A stretch of DNA of 64,000 nt from the human T2T-CHM13v2.0 reference genome, Homo sapiens. The notes beneath the pieces are model-generated. The model was not told the DNA's origin. It did not search any database and worked only from the letters and a program-made list of their open reading frames with translations. Each line of letters begins with the position of its first letter. The first letter of the stretch is position 1. A program made the position numbers and the translations under genes. Below, one piece after another: positions 1 to 13,953 of the stretch. The stretch lies in the NCBI RefSeq assembly GCF_009914755.1, contig NC_060927.1; one strand, written 5' to 3'.

Positions 1-479
1 TCTAAGCACCAGAGAAACCATCTAGTGGGAAAAAAAGAATTCATCAACAGGGAGTTGCCAAATGAGGACACGCACATGCTTTGCCTTCATTATCTAACTT
101 TCTTCCAGTATAAATAGAATTACATGGAGGTGTAAGGCATTTCTCTTGATCTCAGTCAATGCTGTGCACATCGTGGGAACTCAGTAAATGTTGGCAAAAT
201 GAGTAGTGTGATTGTAATTGAAAAAGCGAAACAATTATAACCATCAAAATTACAACTTTATAAAATATCTGCATATGGACAAGCACTCTGAGAAAATACT
301 CCCCCCAAAAAAGTTGTTTTATTAATTTTTTAGTTTTCTGAATTTTTTCTTACATTAATTTTTTTCCTATTATCGGTTCTACAATATAATTTGAGTATCA
401 AAATTTCTTAATTAGATGCATTCAAATAGAATCACAGCTTGGGGCAAGTCTCCGTTCACCACCAGGCTTCAAACATGTC

Positions 480-1100
480 ATGGCATATCTGGCAAATTGG
501 TAGTTTCAGGCTGCCAAGAGGTGATTTACATAAGGGTTTTGGTGGAAAGACTGCCAAGAAGTGTGGATGACAGAGAGGTGGGGGTTGGCCAGACTGCTTT
601 TCAGTCAATTTGCACAGCTACAGTGCACCAGCCAGTGTTCCAGTTGGTCAGTGCCCATGCCATGCCAGCTGTTAATCCTTGGATTGAGGGAATGACACCT
701 TACCTATCTTGAAGATTCATATTCCAATACAGCCTCGTGGAGTCCACTAGGAAAGTACCAAGAGCAGAAATAGGAGTGCACTAAAATCATTACTACATCA
801 CACAACATAATCAAAAGATGAGGGGTTACAGCTTGTTGCCACTTGTGCAGAAAATGATGGCACGATTTTGCAGTATTGGAGATTCCAGGAAACAAGCATT
901 TTGATTCTTTGAGGGCCACAACGGAGGTCATGAAGATGTCCAGCAGCACATGGTAATGACCTGGCTTAATGGGGCTGGCTCACTGATGAGTACTAGAAGT
1001 GTTCAAGAAAACTCAGCAGCAGATATCCACGTGGCCGCAGATATGCCTTATTCTTGAGCCCATGTAAAACACTGTGTAGGGGCTCTTAGAAATTATGGGC
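480..1100 (+). mobile_element. Candidate highly decayed RTE-clade LINE fragment (RT C-terminal region)
   Basis: Motifs occur in RTE order across frameshifts: EVIYIRV (518-538, like EFxYLG), SVDDREVGVGQTAFQSI, WHDF..VLE (858-881), VMKM, PRGRR (1027-1041). Recognition is from memory only. Confidence 0.4.
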
Positions 1101-1195
1101 AGAGGATTTTGCAAGGAGCTGAAGTTCGGCATCAGCAAGCAAAGACAGGAGCCAATGAAATACGGATTGCGAAACTATTCCTAATTAGTTCATTA

Positions 1196-1249
1196 TTAAT
1201 GTAATCAGATAGCTCATATAGAGTTAATGTAATCAATAGCTCATATAGA
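1196..1249 (+). repeat. Tandem duplication, ~27-28 bp unit x2
   Basis: ttaatgtaatca(g)atagctcatataga occurs twice in tandem. Confidence 0.9.
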
Positions 1250-1579
1250 ATATGAGAATGGGAGGTCCATCTGCTGTTTCCTCACTTGGTGGTCCCCATT
1301 TCCGCAAGGTTCTTATTTGTGTTACCATTTCACGAAAATGAAAGTATTGGTAGTTTTTAAAAACAGTTCAGGGCTTTTTTTTTTTTAACAACACAACCCA
1401 TATATGCAAGTCAAATACAATTCTTCATCTGGTGCTCAACCAAAGAAAGAGTGATACATTCCAATACTGGAGGAAAAACTGGCCTGACTAAATTTATTGA
1501 TATTTAAGGTCTTGTAAAGGGTAATTTTGAAAGTATGTAATTTCCACTTAAAATGCTATTTTAAGAACCTGAACCTTGC

Positions 1580-1937
1580 TGTAGTAGTTCCTTTTCATGC
1601 TGCTAATAACGATATACTCGAGACTGGGTAATTTGTAAAGGAAAAAGGTTTAATGGACTCACAGTTCCACATGGCTGGGGAGGCCTCACAATCACTGTGG
1701 AGGGCAAAGGAAGAGGACATCTTACATGGCTGCAGGCAAGAGGGCATGTGCAAGGGAACTCCTCTTTATAAAACCATCACATCTCATGAGACTTATTCAC
1801 TATCACAAGAACAGCATGGGAAAAACCTGCCCCCATGATTCAATTACCTCCCCCCAGGTCCCTCCCACTACATGTGGGAATTCTGGGAGCTACAATTCGA
1901 GTTGAGATGTGGGTGGGGACACGGCCAAACCATATCA
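1580..1937 (-). mobile_element. THE1 (THE1B-like) MaLR LTR
   Basis: Reverse complement of the THE1 LTR, from tgtagtagt... to ...ggggacacggccaaaccatatca. Confidence 0.92.
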
Positions 1938-1978
1938 GCAAGTGATTTGGATGGGGACACAGCCAAACTTGCATCAAG

Positions 1979-2327
1979 TGAGGTTTGGCTGTGTCCCCAC
2001 CCAAATCTCATCTTGAATTGTAGCTCCCATAATTCCCATCTGTCATGGGAGGGACTCGGTGGGATGTAATTGAATCATGGGGGGCCAGTCTTTCCCTTGC
2101 TATTCTGGTAGTGAGTAAGTCTCACAAGATCTGATGGGTTTATCTGGGGTTTCCACATTTGCTTCTTCCTCATTTTCTCTTGCTGCCACCATGTAAGAAG
2201 TGCCTTTCACCTCCTGCCATGATTCTGAGGCCTCCCCAGCCATGTAGAACTGTAAGTCCAATTAAATCTCTTTTTCTTCCCAGTCTAAGGTATGTCTTTA
2301 TCAGCAGCGTTAAAATGGACTAATACA
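1979..2327 (+). mobile_element. THE1 (THE1A-like) MaLR LTR
   Basis: Runs from ggtttggctgtgtccccacccaaatctcatcttgaattgtagctccc to aatggactaataca. Confidence 0.92.
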
Positions 2328-2477
2328 TTTGCCTAAGCGGAAACTCGGGTTCTACTTTTTATACAGAGCTTAATAGTTTATAATGAACATTATAGTAGTA
2401 GTTGTGCATCAAAACCTATAAGGTGGGCAAAACAGGTAATACTTCTCCCATTTTACAGGTTAAAAAATGGAGGCAAC

Positions 2478-2772
<295 letters not shown>

Positions 2773-3244
2773 TGGAAGCACAGAAAACTATACCTTTTCT
2801 AGCTCAACTTTACCACATTGATGAAAAAGTATTGAGCAGCCACAGGTACATGACATTCCACTATGTTCTTGGGATAATATTAAAGAAAAGGCATGAAGGT
2901 ATGCTCTGAGCAGGCAAGAGAAGTCACATAAAATGAGAGTAATTTATAATGTGATTTTTTCCCATGGTCCTTCTTTTTCTCATTTAACTGTTTACTCCTT
3001 TATATGTTATAGCAATTGTTGTTTAATAATTGCATTAAAATAAATAGATGCCTTGGACACTGATACTCTTGGAATACAGAACAATGTTCATAGCATTTAA
3101 TATATGGATACAAGATTTTTTAAAAGGAAAGATGTATATATAGGGTCCTACCAGATTAGAAGTATGATTGCAGTTGGAATTTAATTAGTGAGCACTTACT
3201 AAATACCTATTATGTGCAAAGTATTGTACTCAATGAGAGTGAAT

Positions 3245-3559
<315 letters not shown>

Positions 3560-4620
3560 CGAGAGTGAATTTTTTAAAAAGAAACAAGACATTATCAGTG
3601 TCCTGAAGAATTTTGAATCTGTTTTGGAAGAAAAAAGATATAGGCTAGGTATTTTGAAGGTCCTCAACAAATATTTGTTGAGTGAATGGATGGATGAATT
3701 ATTACTGGCCCAAGGCAACATATGATGAATACCAAGAAAATGAGGGCATGTGTACATACATAAGAGTTCAGGGCATAGCTGAAGTGAGGAATGGAATACT
3801 CTACTGGCCAGATCCATCCCATATACCCACCCTTGAAGAAACTGTCCCCACAAGAAAGAGAAGTTCCATTACAAAAAAAATTTTTTAAGATGAAGGGCTG
3901 CAACAGCACACTGGACAAATGAAAACTACTGCTACCCCAGGCCACTATAGGCCTACTTTGTTAACAGATTCCAGTAGGATATTTATGTTCCATCCCCAAA
4001 GCAGGAGAGGGTGCAGACCAGTGCCAAGAAGGAAATCTGGAGCTATGTATCAAGAGAACAATCTCACATGGGATTGATCACTAACTTTATAAGGATGGAC
4101 AAGGCAGATGAGAAACAAAGTGGAATTAGATAACAGAATGTAGACTTTGACTCTCTCACTTTTAAGGACTGTGAAGTTGTGGAAATAGTAGAAAGGTCAA
4201 AGAAGGGAGACAGTAGACCATTATATCAATTTTTTAAAAGACTGCAAAGAATATTAGATTCATTATTAAGACTTTAGAGGCCTCTACAACTATATAGAGT
4301 CAGAATTATGAAGGTAAAGTCACATTGCAGGGCAACTTTGAATAGATAGAATACTTAAGCTAAGGAAATCAGGAATTAGAGGTAGGTAACAGTACACTCA
4401 GAAGGTATGGGGATACTAAATATTTCTCTTGAACACAAAACAGAAATTGTCCTGACCCCCTTCCCCATAATGTCTTGAAGGAGTAACTTGAGGCCAGTAT
4501 GACAATCACTCTGGAAGCCAAGAAGTGGCTGTCTTCTATCTAAATTAAGATTTGCATTACTTGCTAATAGAATGGAACATTAAGCAGTAGTTTGGAATCT
4601 TCCTCACAGAGAAAGTACAA

Positions 4621-4885
4621 GCCAGTGGTGGCTCATGCCTGTAATCCTAGCACTTTGGGAGGCCAAGGCCAGCAGATCACTTGAGGTCAGGAGTTCGAGA
4701 CCAGCCTGGCCAACATAGTAAAACCCTGCCTTTACTAAAAAATAGAAAAATTAGCCAGGTGCAGTGGTACATGCCTGTAGTCTCAGCTACTCAGGAGGCA
4801 GGAGAATTGCTTGAACCCCGGAGGCGGAGGTTGCAGTGAGCCAAGATCATGCCACTGTACTCCACCCTGGGCCACAGAGCAAGAC
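4621..4885 (+). mobile_element. Alu (AluS), no poly(A) tail
   Basis: Dimeric Alu body ending at gagcaagac. Confidence 0.93.
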
Positions 4886-5332
4886 AAACCAAATTGAAAT
4901 AATCCATGCTGATATTTTGTACATCTGCAGGGTTAATGGTAATCTATAGGATTTTGTCAAAGATACAGCAAAACTTATCTCCAAAGGGAATGAGTCAAAA
5001 GTTGCAAATTTTAGAGACTGGCTAAAGCCTTACAAGCAATCTAATACATTTTTTCCCCTCTGGAAAGTGCCCAAAGACCCAGTGAATCTGGGGACAAACC
5101 TCAGTGCTTCTGCCAGGTTCCCATTTAAAAGAGAGACTGGACCCTTACCTTGAACTTTAGTGTTGAGGCTATAGTCTATTGGCATCCAAATGATTACTTA
5201 TGAAAGAAGCTTCATCATGCTCCCTTAAAAAACAACTTATTCCCTGCCAAAACTAGGATTGTGTTGCTTTAGGAAGAGGATACATACTATGTGACAGCCA
5301 AATGATGATTTGCCAAAAAAAATAAAAATCAA

Positions 5333-5621
<289 letters not shown>

Positions 5622-5825
5622 TCAAATTCCATTGTGATGGCAAAAGAGCCTCCTATCACCCAGAAGAGGGAAGGTAGCCTATATTAGACATGGCCTTACA
5701 GACTGTTGACGAGGAACTTGCTGAAGGCTACCTGAAAATAAAATAATAGGAAATGGGCATTTTGCTATTTAATGATCTGGAAAATTGGAAACCACCTTGG
5801 TCTAGGCAAATCCTTGGGGAGGAAG

Positions 5826-6560
<735 letters not shown>

Positions 6561-6854
6561 TCTGTTGTTGGAAAATATTTGATTCTTGAGGGGGATGAAA
6601 TGAGGCAGCACCTGTGAAAATTGTTTGAAAACTCTAAAGGCCCGTACTTGTGTAGAGGATGTGGGTGAGATGACTACTGGTAGACAAAAAAAGTTAAGCT
6701 CTCTACCCTGTATTTTCCTCTTAGATTACAATTTCTTATTTAAGTATCTCTTCAAGAAGACTGGAGTGGAATCTTTTCCCTTCTGGGTGGTAAAACTAAT
6801 GAGGGGATGTTTGCCTTGACTTTGCTATTACAGTATATGTGTGACATCCCTAAA

Positions 6855-7080
6855 TCCACTCTAGTGCATCTTACACACTTGTCAGATTTATCTAACTCTC
6901 ACACCATTGTCATCACTTCCGCCTGCCCCTCAGGAACCTAAATTGATACCTCTGCCTATCATGGAAAATCTAAACTCTTCAGTCTTGCATTCAAAGTTCT
7001 CCTGCAACTACCTGCCCCAGCCTCCATCATCTTTCCAATCTGACCTCTCCTTGCTTCACACTGTAGAAGCAGGTACTCTT
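6855..7080 (+). mobile_element. L2 fragment
   Basis: L2-like text, e.g. aaaatctaaactcttcagtcttgcattcaaag. Confidence 0.55.
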
Positions 7081-7109
7081 GGAGCTGACAGTCATCAAAA
7101 AGATGGTGC

Positions 7110-7200
7110 ATATCCAACTCTCACATGTCAAAGATGGGGAAACTGAAGCCCAGAGAAGTGAGGTGAATATTCCCAAGGCCACACACAGTCCTTCCACTGT
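7110..7200 (-). mobile_element. MIR fragment
   Basis: MIR core: gatggggaaactgaagcccagagaagtgaggtgaatattcccaaggccacac. Confidence 0.7.
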
Positions 7201-8145
7201 GGCTAAGACGACATGCTTTCCATTCCACACACAACTTGCTCCTCTGGTCCTAAGCCATGGGGCGAGGTGAGTAGAACTGGTACCCAGAAAACAGTATGGC
7301 ATGGGATAAATGGTAGATAAAGCAATGTTGAGAATTAAAAACTCCAATGTGCTTACAACACATAGCGTTCTCAGCAAGTGAACTTTATATAGAATTTGCC
7401 ACCCTCATAGTAGGGAATTCACTAAAGCTGGGAATGAATGTGCAAATGTTTGTTTGCTTTGTTTTGTTTACCACAGAAGCGAAATTTGTGACAATCTTTT
7501 TCAACCTAAATTGAATAAATGATTCAGGACAAGAAATGATTACCAGATGTGTCAGGGTTTTGATGGGAAATGGCCCATCGAATTATTATTGTTTGCCAAG
7601 TTTTCCCCTCACGATTGAAGCTAACGAGGTCATTTCAAGGGTAATCATGCTGGGGAACCTCGATGCAATGACGCTGTTACAACTTGCCCAATTTGAAGCT
7701 AGGAAACCACGCCTCCTTTGGAAGGTTTATGTGGTAGGAAATGGGGGGTCATTGGTGATCGAAACCTCACTGATTATCATGAATGGCAAGAAGAGGAAAG
7801 CAGTGAAGGAAAAGCCCTGATTACAAGAATATTGTTAAATAAATCAAAGGAAGTTTTATAAATATTCAAATATGTAATGTAATTCAAATGAGACGAATCA
7901 ACTTTCCACATCTGCTTTGGTGAATAGACAAGGATACTTAAAATTTGTGCATTAAATATTTGAACATAAATTACTGCTTATAATGTGTTTGAGGTTTTTA
8001 AAATGTTTTCTTTAGTATTTAAATCACCATAGAACTGAAAAAATAAAGCATTTAATCATTATTTTTGCATTATGACTATAACCAGACTATAGGACTTATT
8101 CAGATTATTACAAATTCCAAATAAGTGGAGCATGAATTAGCAAAG

Positions 8146-8468
8146 CTTTTTGTTTTTCTTTTTGTTTTGTTTTGTTTTTAGAGACAGTGATATTGCCCAG
8201 GCTGGCATGCAGTGGCTATTCACAGGTGTGATCTCACTACTGATGAGCTTGGGAGTTTTGATCTCTTTCTTTTCTGACCTGGGTCGGTTCGCCTCTACTT
8301 AGGCAACCTGCTGGTCACCCACTTCCGTGAGGTTACCATATTGATACAGAATTTAGTGCAGCCACTGGATCAGCATAGCACACTACAGCCCAGAATTCCT
8401 GGACTCAAGCGATCCTCCCACCTCAACCTTCCTAGTAGCCAGAATTACAGGTGCACCACCCTGCCAGG
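8146..8468 (-). pseudogene. 7SL (SRP) RNA processed pseudogene
   Basis: Reverse strand carries the 7SL S-domain (cttaggcaacctg, accatattgat) that Alus lack; (TTTTG)n tail. Confidence 0.9.
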
Positions 8469-9214
8469 ATAATGACATTTTAATTTGCCTACAAATTATT
8501 GCATTAGTCTGAGTGTCCAGGTTAAGATTTAGTGCTTTTTAAACTTTATCACTAAAAAACCATCCTATTGCACCAGGATCTGCCCATAATGAAGCCTAAA
8601 AGCAGCCTGATGGAACAGACTTTGTCCTCTATGCCACAAAATAGCTGTTGGTTTTAATATAAAAGTGCACACCTCTCCCCCTCCCATAAATGTACACACC
8701 TAAATTCTCCAGTAACTGACTCCTCAGGGAGATGCTTCACGTCATCCACAGCTTCACTCTCCTGGCACATGGTATAGGTGCATCAAGAGCCCTTCATAAC
8801 GCAGGAGGAGAAGCAGGGTGTGCTTGATTTATGTTTAGAAAAGACAGGTTTAGAGGTCATATCATCCAATTGGAGTGGGGAAAAGTGGCTGTGCTTTGTA
8901 TATGAGCAAAGCTCAATGAATGTTTATTGAATTGCAATAGTTGATTATTGAAATGACAAACTTTTTGTAACAGGAAAAGCCCTACATAAACATAATGTAT
9001 TAAACGTAAATACTGATTAGGCAATCCCTTGATATGTAATTCTTTCAAGCCCAAAACTCAGAAAAAGCAGCAATGTGTGCTTTTACTATCTCCTCCCTCA
9101 GGTGGGCTTCAATTTCTTCTATTTATTCTAACCTCCCCAGTTAAACACTATTCCCTTGCTAGAGATCAAAGTAACTGCATTGTTTCAATTCTTTATTAAC
9201 ATTACACACTTCTC

Positions 9215-9500
9215 GGCCGGGCGCGGTGGCTCACGCCTGTAATCCCAGCACTTTTGGAGGCAGAGGCGGGTGGATCACCTGAGGTCAGGAGTTTAAGACC
9301 AGCCTGGCCAACATGGTGAAACCTCGTCTCTACTAAAAATACAAAAATTAGCTGGCCATGATGGTGGGCGCCTGTAATCCCAGCTCCTCGGGTGGCTGAG
9401 GCAGGAGAATCACTTGAACTGGGAAGGTGGAGGTTGCAGTGAGCTGAGATGTGCCACTGCACTCTAGCCTGGGTGACAAGAGCAAGACTGTCTCAAAAAA
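9215..9500 (+). mobile_element. Alu (AluSx/Sq)
   Basis: Full Alu; TSD aacattacacacttctc. Confidence 0.96.
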
Positions 9501-10248
9501 CATTACACACTTCTCAAAAAGCAAGAGGGTGAGGGTTATCCCTTTCTAATTTCTGCTTCTTACTCCCAAACATAGCTTGAAAATCCTTTTTGCTTGGCTT
9601 TGGCATTTTGGGGCACATCTGGATTCATTCCAGGATTTGTCTTCCTGACACATAAATGCAGAAGTGTACACTGTCCTCTTACTTCTCCTGAGTTACATGC
9701 ACATCAGACAGGCCTCAGGTTATCTGCCTTTGTTATGTCCCGAGCCTTTCACAGATAAAGCCCAAATAACCTCTACCTGCAGGCCCCAGCCTGCCTGAGC
9801 CTGTGAGTCAATTCTCCCTAAAGCCAGAAGAGTATCAGCTTCAGCCCCAGCTGTCTGAAGTTAGGCTTGCTGCCTATAGTGTGCTAGCAATAAAAAAAGT
9901 CTGGGGCCTATAAGGCTTTGGAGTAACAGCATCTTCAATCTGTGCTGGCCTCAGCCATGCAACTGGGAAACAGCAGAATGCAGTGGGGAGAGTAGTGGCT
10001 AAGGAGCCTGCCAGGTTAAGGTTAGGCTTCCCATTCTCACCCTTGACAAGTCACTGAACCACCTGTTTTCTCATCTGTCAAGGGAAGGTCATCTCTAATT
10101 CCCATCCCCTGCAGGGTCTCTTGGTGTTATCTATATTCAGTCTTTCTGTTACACTGTTTTCAAATTCAATACGAGTAGAGGGTTCCCTCTTAATTTTATG
10201 TCTCAAATTATCTTTGCCTGATAGGATGACAGAAAATGTACCTAATGT

Positions 10249-10616
<368 letters not shown>

Positions 10617-10689
10617 TTATTTTTCTTACCCTTAAGCCATACTTTCAAACCATAAAGCTATGGGAGGGCAGCAAAGCCTAAGATTAATA

Positions 10690-10900
10690 ATAATATTTAG
10701 TGAAGACTAATTATGTGGTAGGTACTGTCCTAGGCACTTGACATGGATTATTACACTTAATCCTTGAAACAGCCTTATGAGAAAGGTGCTTCATAAGTAG
10801 GCACTATGAAGTCAATATGATTGCTATTGTACAAATGAAGGAACTGAGGCATGAAGATGTTAGGCAACTTGCCCCGGGGTCACACACACCTAGTTAAGTA
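10690..10900 (-). mobile_element. MIR
   Basis: MIR-like text: aggaactgaggcatgaagatgttaggcaacttgccc. Confidence 0.7.
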
Positions 10901-11029
10901 GAGAGGGATACAGCAGAAGTTTGGAGAGAAAGTTCTTAATTATACCAATAGGTTATTATCTTTCTCACTTCAGCAGTGGTCATGTCTAATTCAGTCCAAA
11001 TAATAAGTAACTTATTGCCTGGTGTGACA

Positions 11030-11390
11030 TTAATTTATTTGTTGAATATCTTCTTGGTGCAAAGCCCTGTGCTAGAAGACTTGCACTAGGGGAGATTATA
11101 AAAAGAGAAAGATGTGGTCCCTGCCCCGAAGAAAATCAGAAGCTAGTAGGGAAATAGAATAAGAAATAATGAATTCCAATACAAGTAAAACACAGTACAT
11201 GCTTTAATAGTGCTACAAGCTAAGTGCCACCTGGCCCAGAGGGTGAAGCAGTATGTGTTGGTGTTACACAGGAGGCTTGATTAAAAAGTTTATTTTGGAG
11301 TTGAGCCTTTATGGACAAGTAGGATTTTGAGAGGCGGAGAAGTGAGAGAAAGACATTCCAGGCAAGGGAACCACATGGGCAAATACTCAC
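11030..11390 (-). mobile_element. L2 3' fragment
   Basis: L2-like text: ccctgtgctag, tggtccctgccc, gacattccaggcaagggaac. Confidence 0.65.
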
Positions 11391-11689
11391 ACTGAGTCGC
11401 TATTGACTCACTAACCTCAGTGCAGGGTTTGTTCCTGGATTAGCAAGGAGTTTGGAGTTTCTAAGCCTTAGGGTGTATGAGAGGGAGTCCTAATTTGGTA
11501 GGCGATAGTAGAAAGGCAAAGTCATAAAATCTCGGAATTGAAGATCCCCAAAGGTCATCTAATTTAGTAACACGTCCAATGCCTAGAGCTCTGCCAAGTC
11601 ATCATCAAAACTAGGCTCAAATAGTTCTAACATCACATGCATTATTGTCTCCTATGGCAGCCCATCCCATCACTGTCTGAAGTTATATT

Positions 11690-11825
11690 GCCCATTTATT
11701 TATGTGTATTTGCTGATTGTCTGTCATACTAGAACTCAAGTTCCATGGTGGCAGAGACTGACTTACCTGTCATGTATCCCCAGTGCCTAGCATTGCAGGC
11801 ATACAATCAATATTTGTTGAATGCA
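11690..11825 (+). mobile_element. L2 3' end
   Basis: L2 terminus: gtatccccagtgcctagca ... tcaatatttgttgaatg. Confidence 0.7.
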
Positions 11826-12309
11826 TTCCAGCTCAGGACAGCTCTGACATCTATAAAGTTCTTCAGTAATTTCCACAAGATAGTACTTTACATATATGAA
11901 GACAACTAGCCCTCTTTTATCTTTTTCAAGTTAAATATCAACAGTTAGTCAACAATTCCACATGAAAAAATAACTTTGGGCCTTTTCACTATCCTGATCA
12001 CACTCTCAAATAAGCTCCATTTTGTCTCTATTTCTTTTAGTGTGTTGCTGCAAGAACAGAAGGCAATATTCCAACTCTGTGACCCCCTCAAATTAGAGAG
12101 GTCCTATAAGCTCTCTTATTCGAGGTGTTACAGTGTGACCCAAGATGGCACTAACTTTGCTGAGGTCCACTTCACCCTGTTGCCTATGTTTCTCTGATTG
12201 TCAGCTAACCTCCTTTCCACTCCCTTCACCAGTTGCTGTGTTCTACTGCTTGCTCACCTGTCTCTTGTCCTGACTTGTGTAGGTAGATTTTGAAAACCAA
12301 GTCCACGGC

Positions 12310-13280
12310 CTTATATTTAGGAGGCTCTTACAGTAATCCAGAACAAAAGATACAAGGTATTGAACTAGAGCAGTGTAGCCAGCAAGGAAGAGACAAAAAG
12401 AAAAACATATCTGAGGCATTGTCAATGGGACTTGCAATCTACTGATTTAGTGACCACTAGCACGCTTTCTCAATGGATGCCTCTCTCTCCAGACCACGTA
12501 TGAATTTGGAGTCAATTCCCAGTTTCTCCCTACCTCACTGTCTTTGAAGCAAGCATGCGACTCTTTTGAAGTCTTCTATACATTTTTTTCCCAAGTTACT
12601 GTCTATAAAAATATATTAGGAAAGTTCAAAGGCAGCAAGATTTCTAGCCAGGATGACTGAAAAGATGGTAGTTCCATGACTAAGGTAGGAAATCCAGGAG
12701 AAGGACCAGATATTAAGGTGATAATGAAGCACCTGGTTTGGGATGTGTTGAATTTGATGACCTGAGGACATCTAGCAAACAGTTTGAAAAGTGTTTACTT
12801 CTTTGGCTCTGGAGTGCAAACTGAAATGTATATCTGTGAGTCATCAACAGAGATGCTTGAAGCTTTCCCCAGAGAATGAGAATTTTGATTATCATTTAAA
12901 CTGAAAAAAAGACAAGACTGAGAAAAAAACGTTTAACAATGACCACATAAAATGGGTATTTGAAGGAGGAATCCCCCAGAAAGAGAGAGAGGGGAAGGAA
13001 GGCTCAGGCGGTATGGGGAAAACTTGATGAGTTTATTGTCAGGGGCAAAGCTGGACATTATTGCAGAAGGAAGAGAAATCAGTTACATCAAACACAGCAG
13101 AAATCTCCTAGAGAACAAAACTTCTCATGATGCTACTGAGTTTATCAATGAGGAGGTGATCTAATAACCTTAAACAAAATAATTCCAGTTTTAGAGCCAG
13201 GTCACAAGCAGTTGATAAATAAGGAGTAAATGGTAGCAATGAAGTCAAAGCGGTAAATGTAGACTGCTATTTTGAAAAGT
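12310..13280 (-). mobile_element. L2 fragments
   Basis: L2-like text: aggaggctcttacagtaatccag; gggatgtgttgaatttgatgacctgaggacatc. Confidence 0.6.
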
Positions 13281-13475
13281 TGTTATGCAATACATGTAAA
13301 CTAGAAAAGCAACAAATCTATATGATATTTATATGATCTACATATTCTAAAATATAACATGGGGTTAATTACTATTTCATTGTAATGTATGACTCTAGAA
13401 TTAATCATTTTATAGACCTTATGATTGCACTAGGTGTTCAAAAGATCTCACTATATAAAAGAGAATAATGAAGTA

Positions 13476-13620
13476 CCAGCCACTTAGGAGGCTGAGGCAG
13501 GAGGATCGCTTGAGCCCAGGAGTTTGAGGCTGTAATGTGCCATTATTGTGCCTATGAATACCCACTGCACTCTAGCCTTGGCAACACAGTAAGACCCAGT
13601 CTCTAAAAAAAGAAAATAAG
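13476..13620 (+). mobile_element. FAM-like fossil Alu monomer
   Basis: Single monomer with the 7SL-like tgcctatgaatacccactgcact and an A-tail. Confidence 0.75.
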
Positions 13621-13953
13621 AGAAAAATTGAAATACATAGATTTCATTGAACCTAAATAGGGCTACATGTATTTTCTTGTTGTTGTTGTTGTTTTTTTCC
13701 TGGTTCCCATTTAGGTGTCTAATTATGAAATGGCCAATCAAATCCTTATTTTCTTCGAGATCAGTTTTCATTTAAGTCTGCCTGGATTGGATGGCAGGTC
13801 AAGCTTTTTAAACTTTAACCCAACATAGATTCTGTCAGAAGCACCACTAGGTCTGGTGAATTTCTGGATCTATTCTGTATTGCCTCCTAATCCCTTGGGG
13901 TATGAATCTCTGAGAAGCCCTTTCACCTTCAGCCCTGGCCTCTACCTCCCACA

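Noticed and set aside
698-775. Minus-strand donor AG|GTAAGG at 704/703 with a possible 43-nt exon, and ORF 704-949
   Set aside because: No supporting exons or homology; the region is better explained as a + strand LINE remnant.
7536-7820. 94-aa ATG-initiated ORF in unique DNA
   Set aside because: No recognisable domain or splice context; kept only as a candidate non-coding element.
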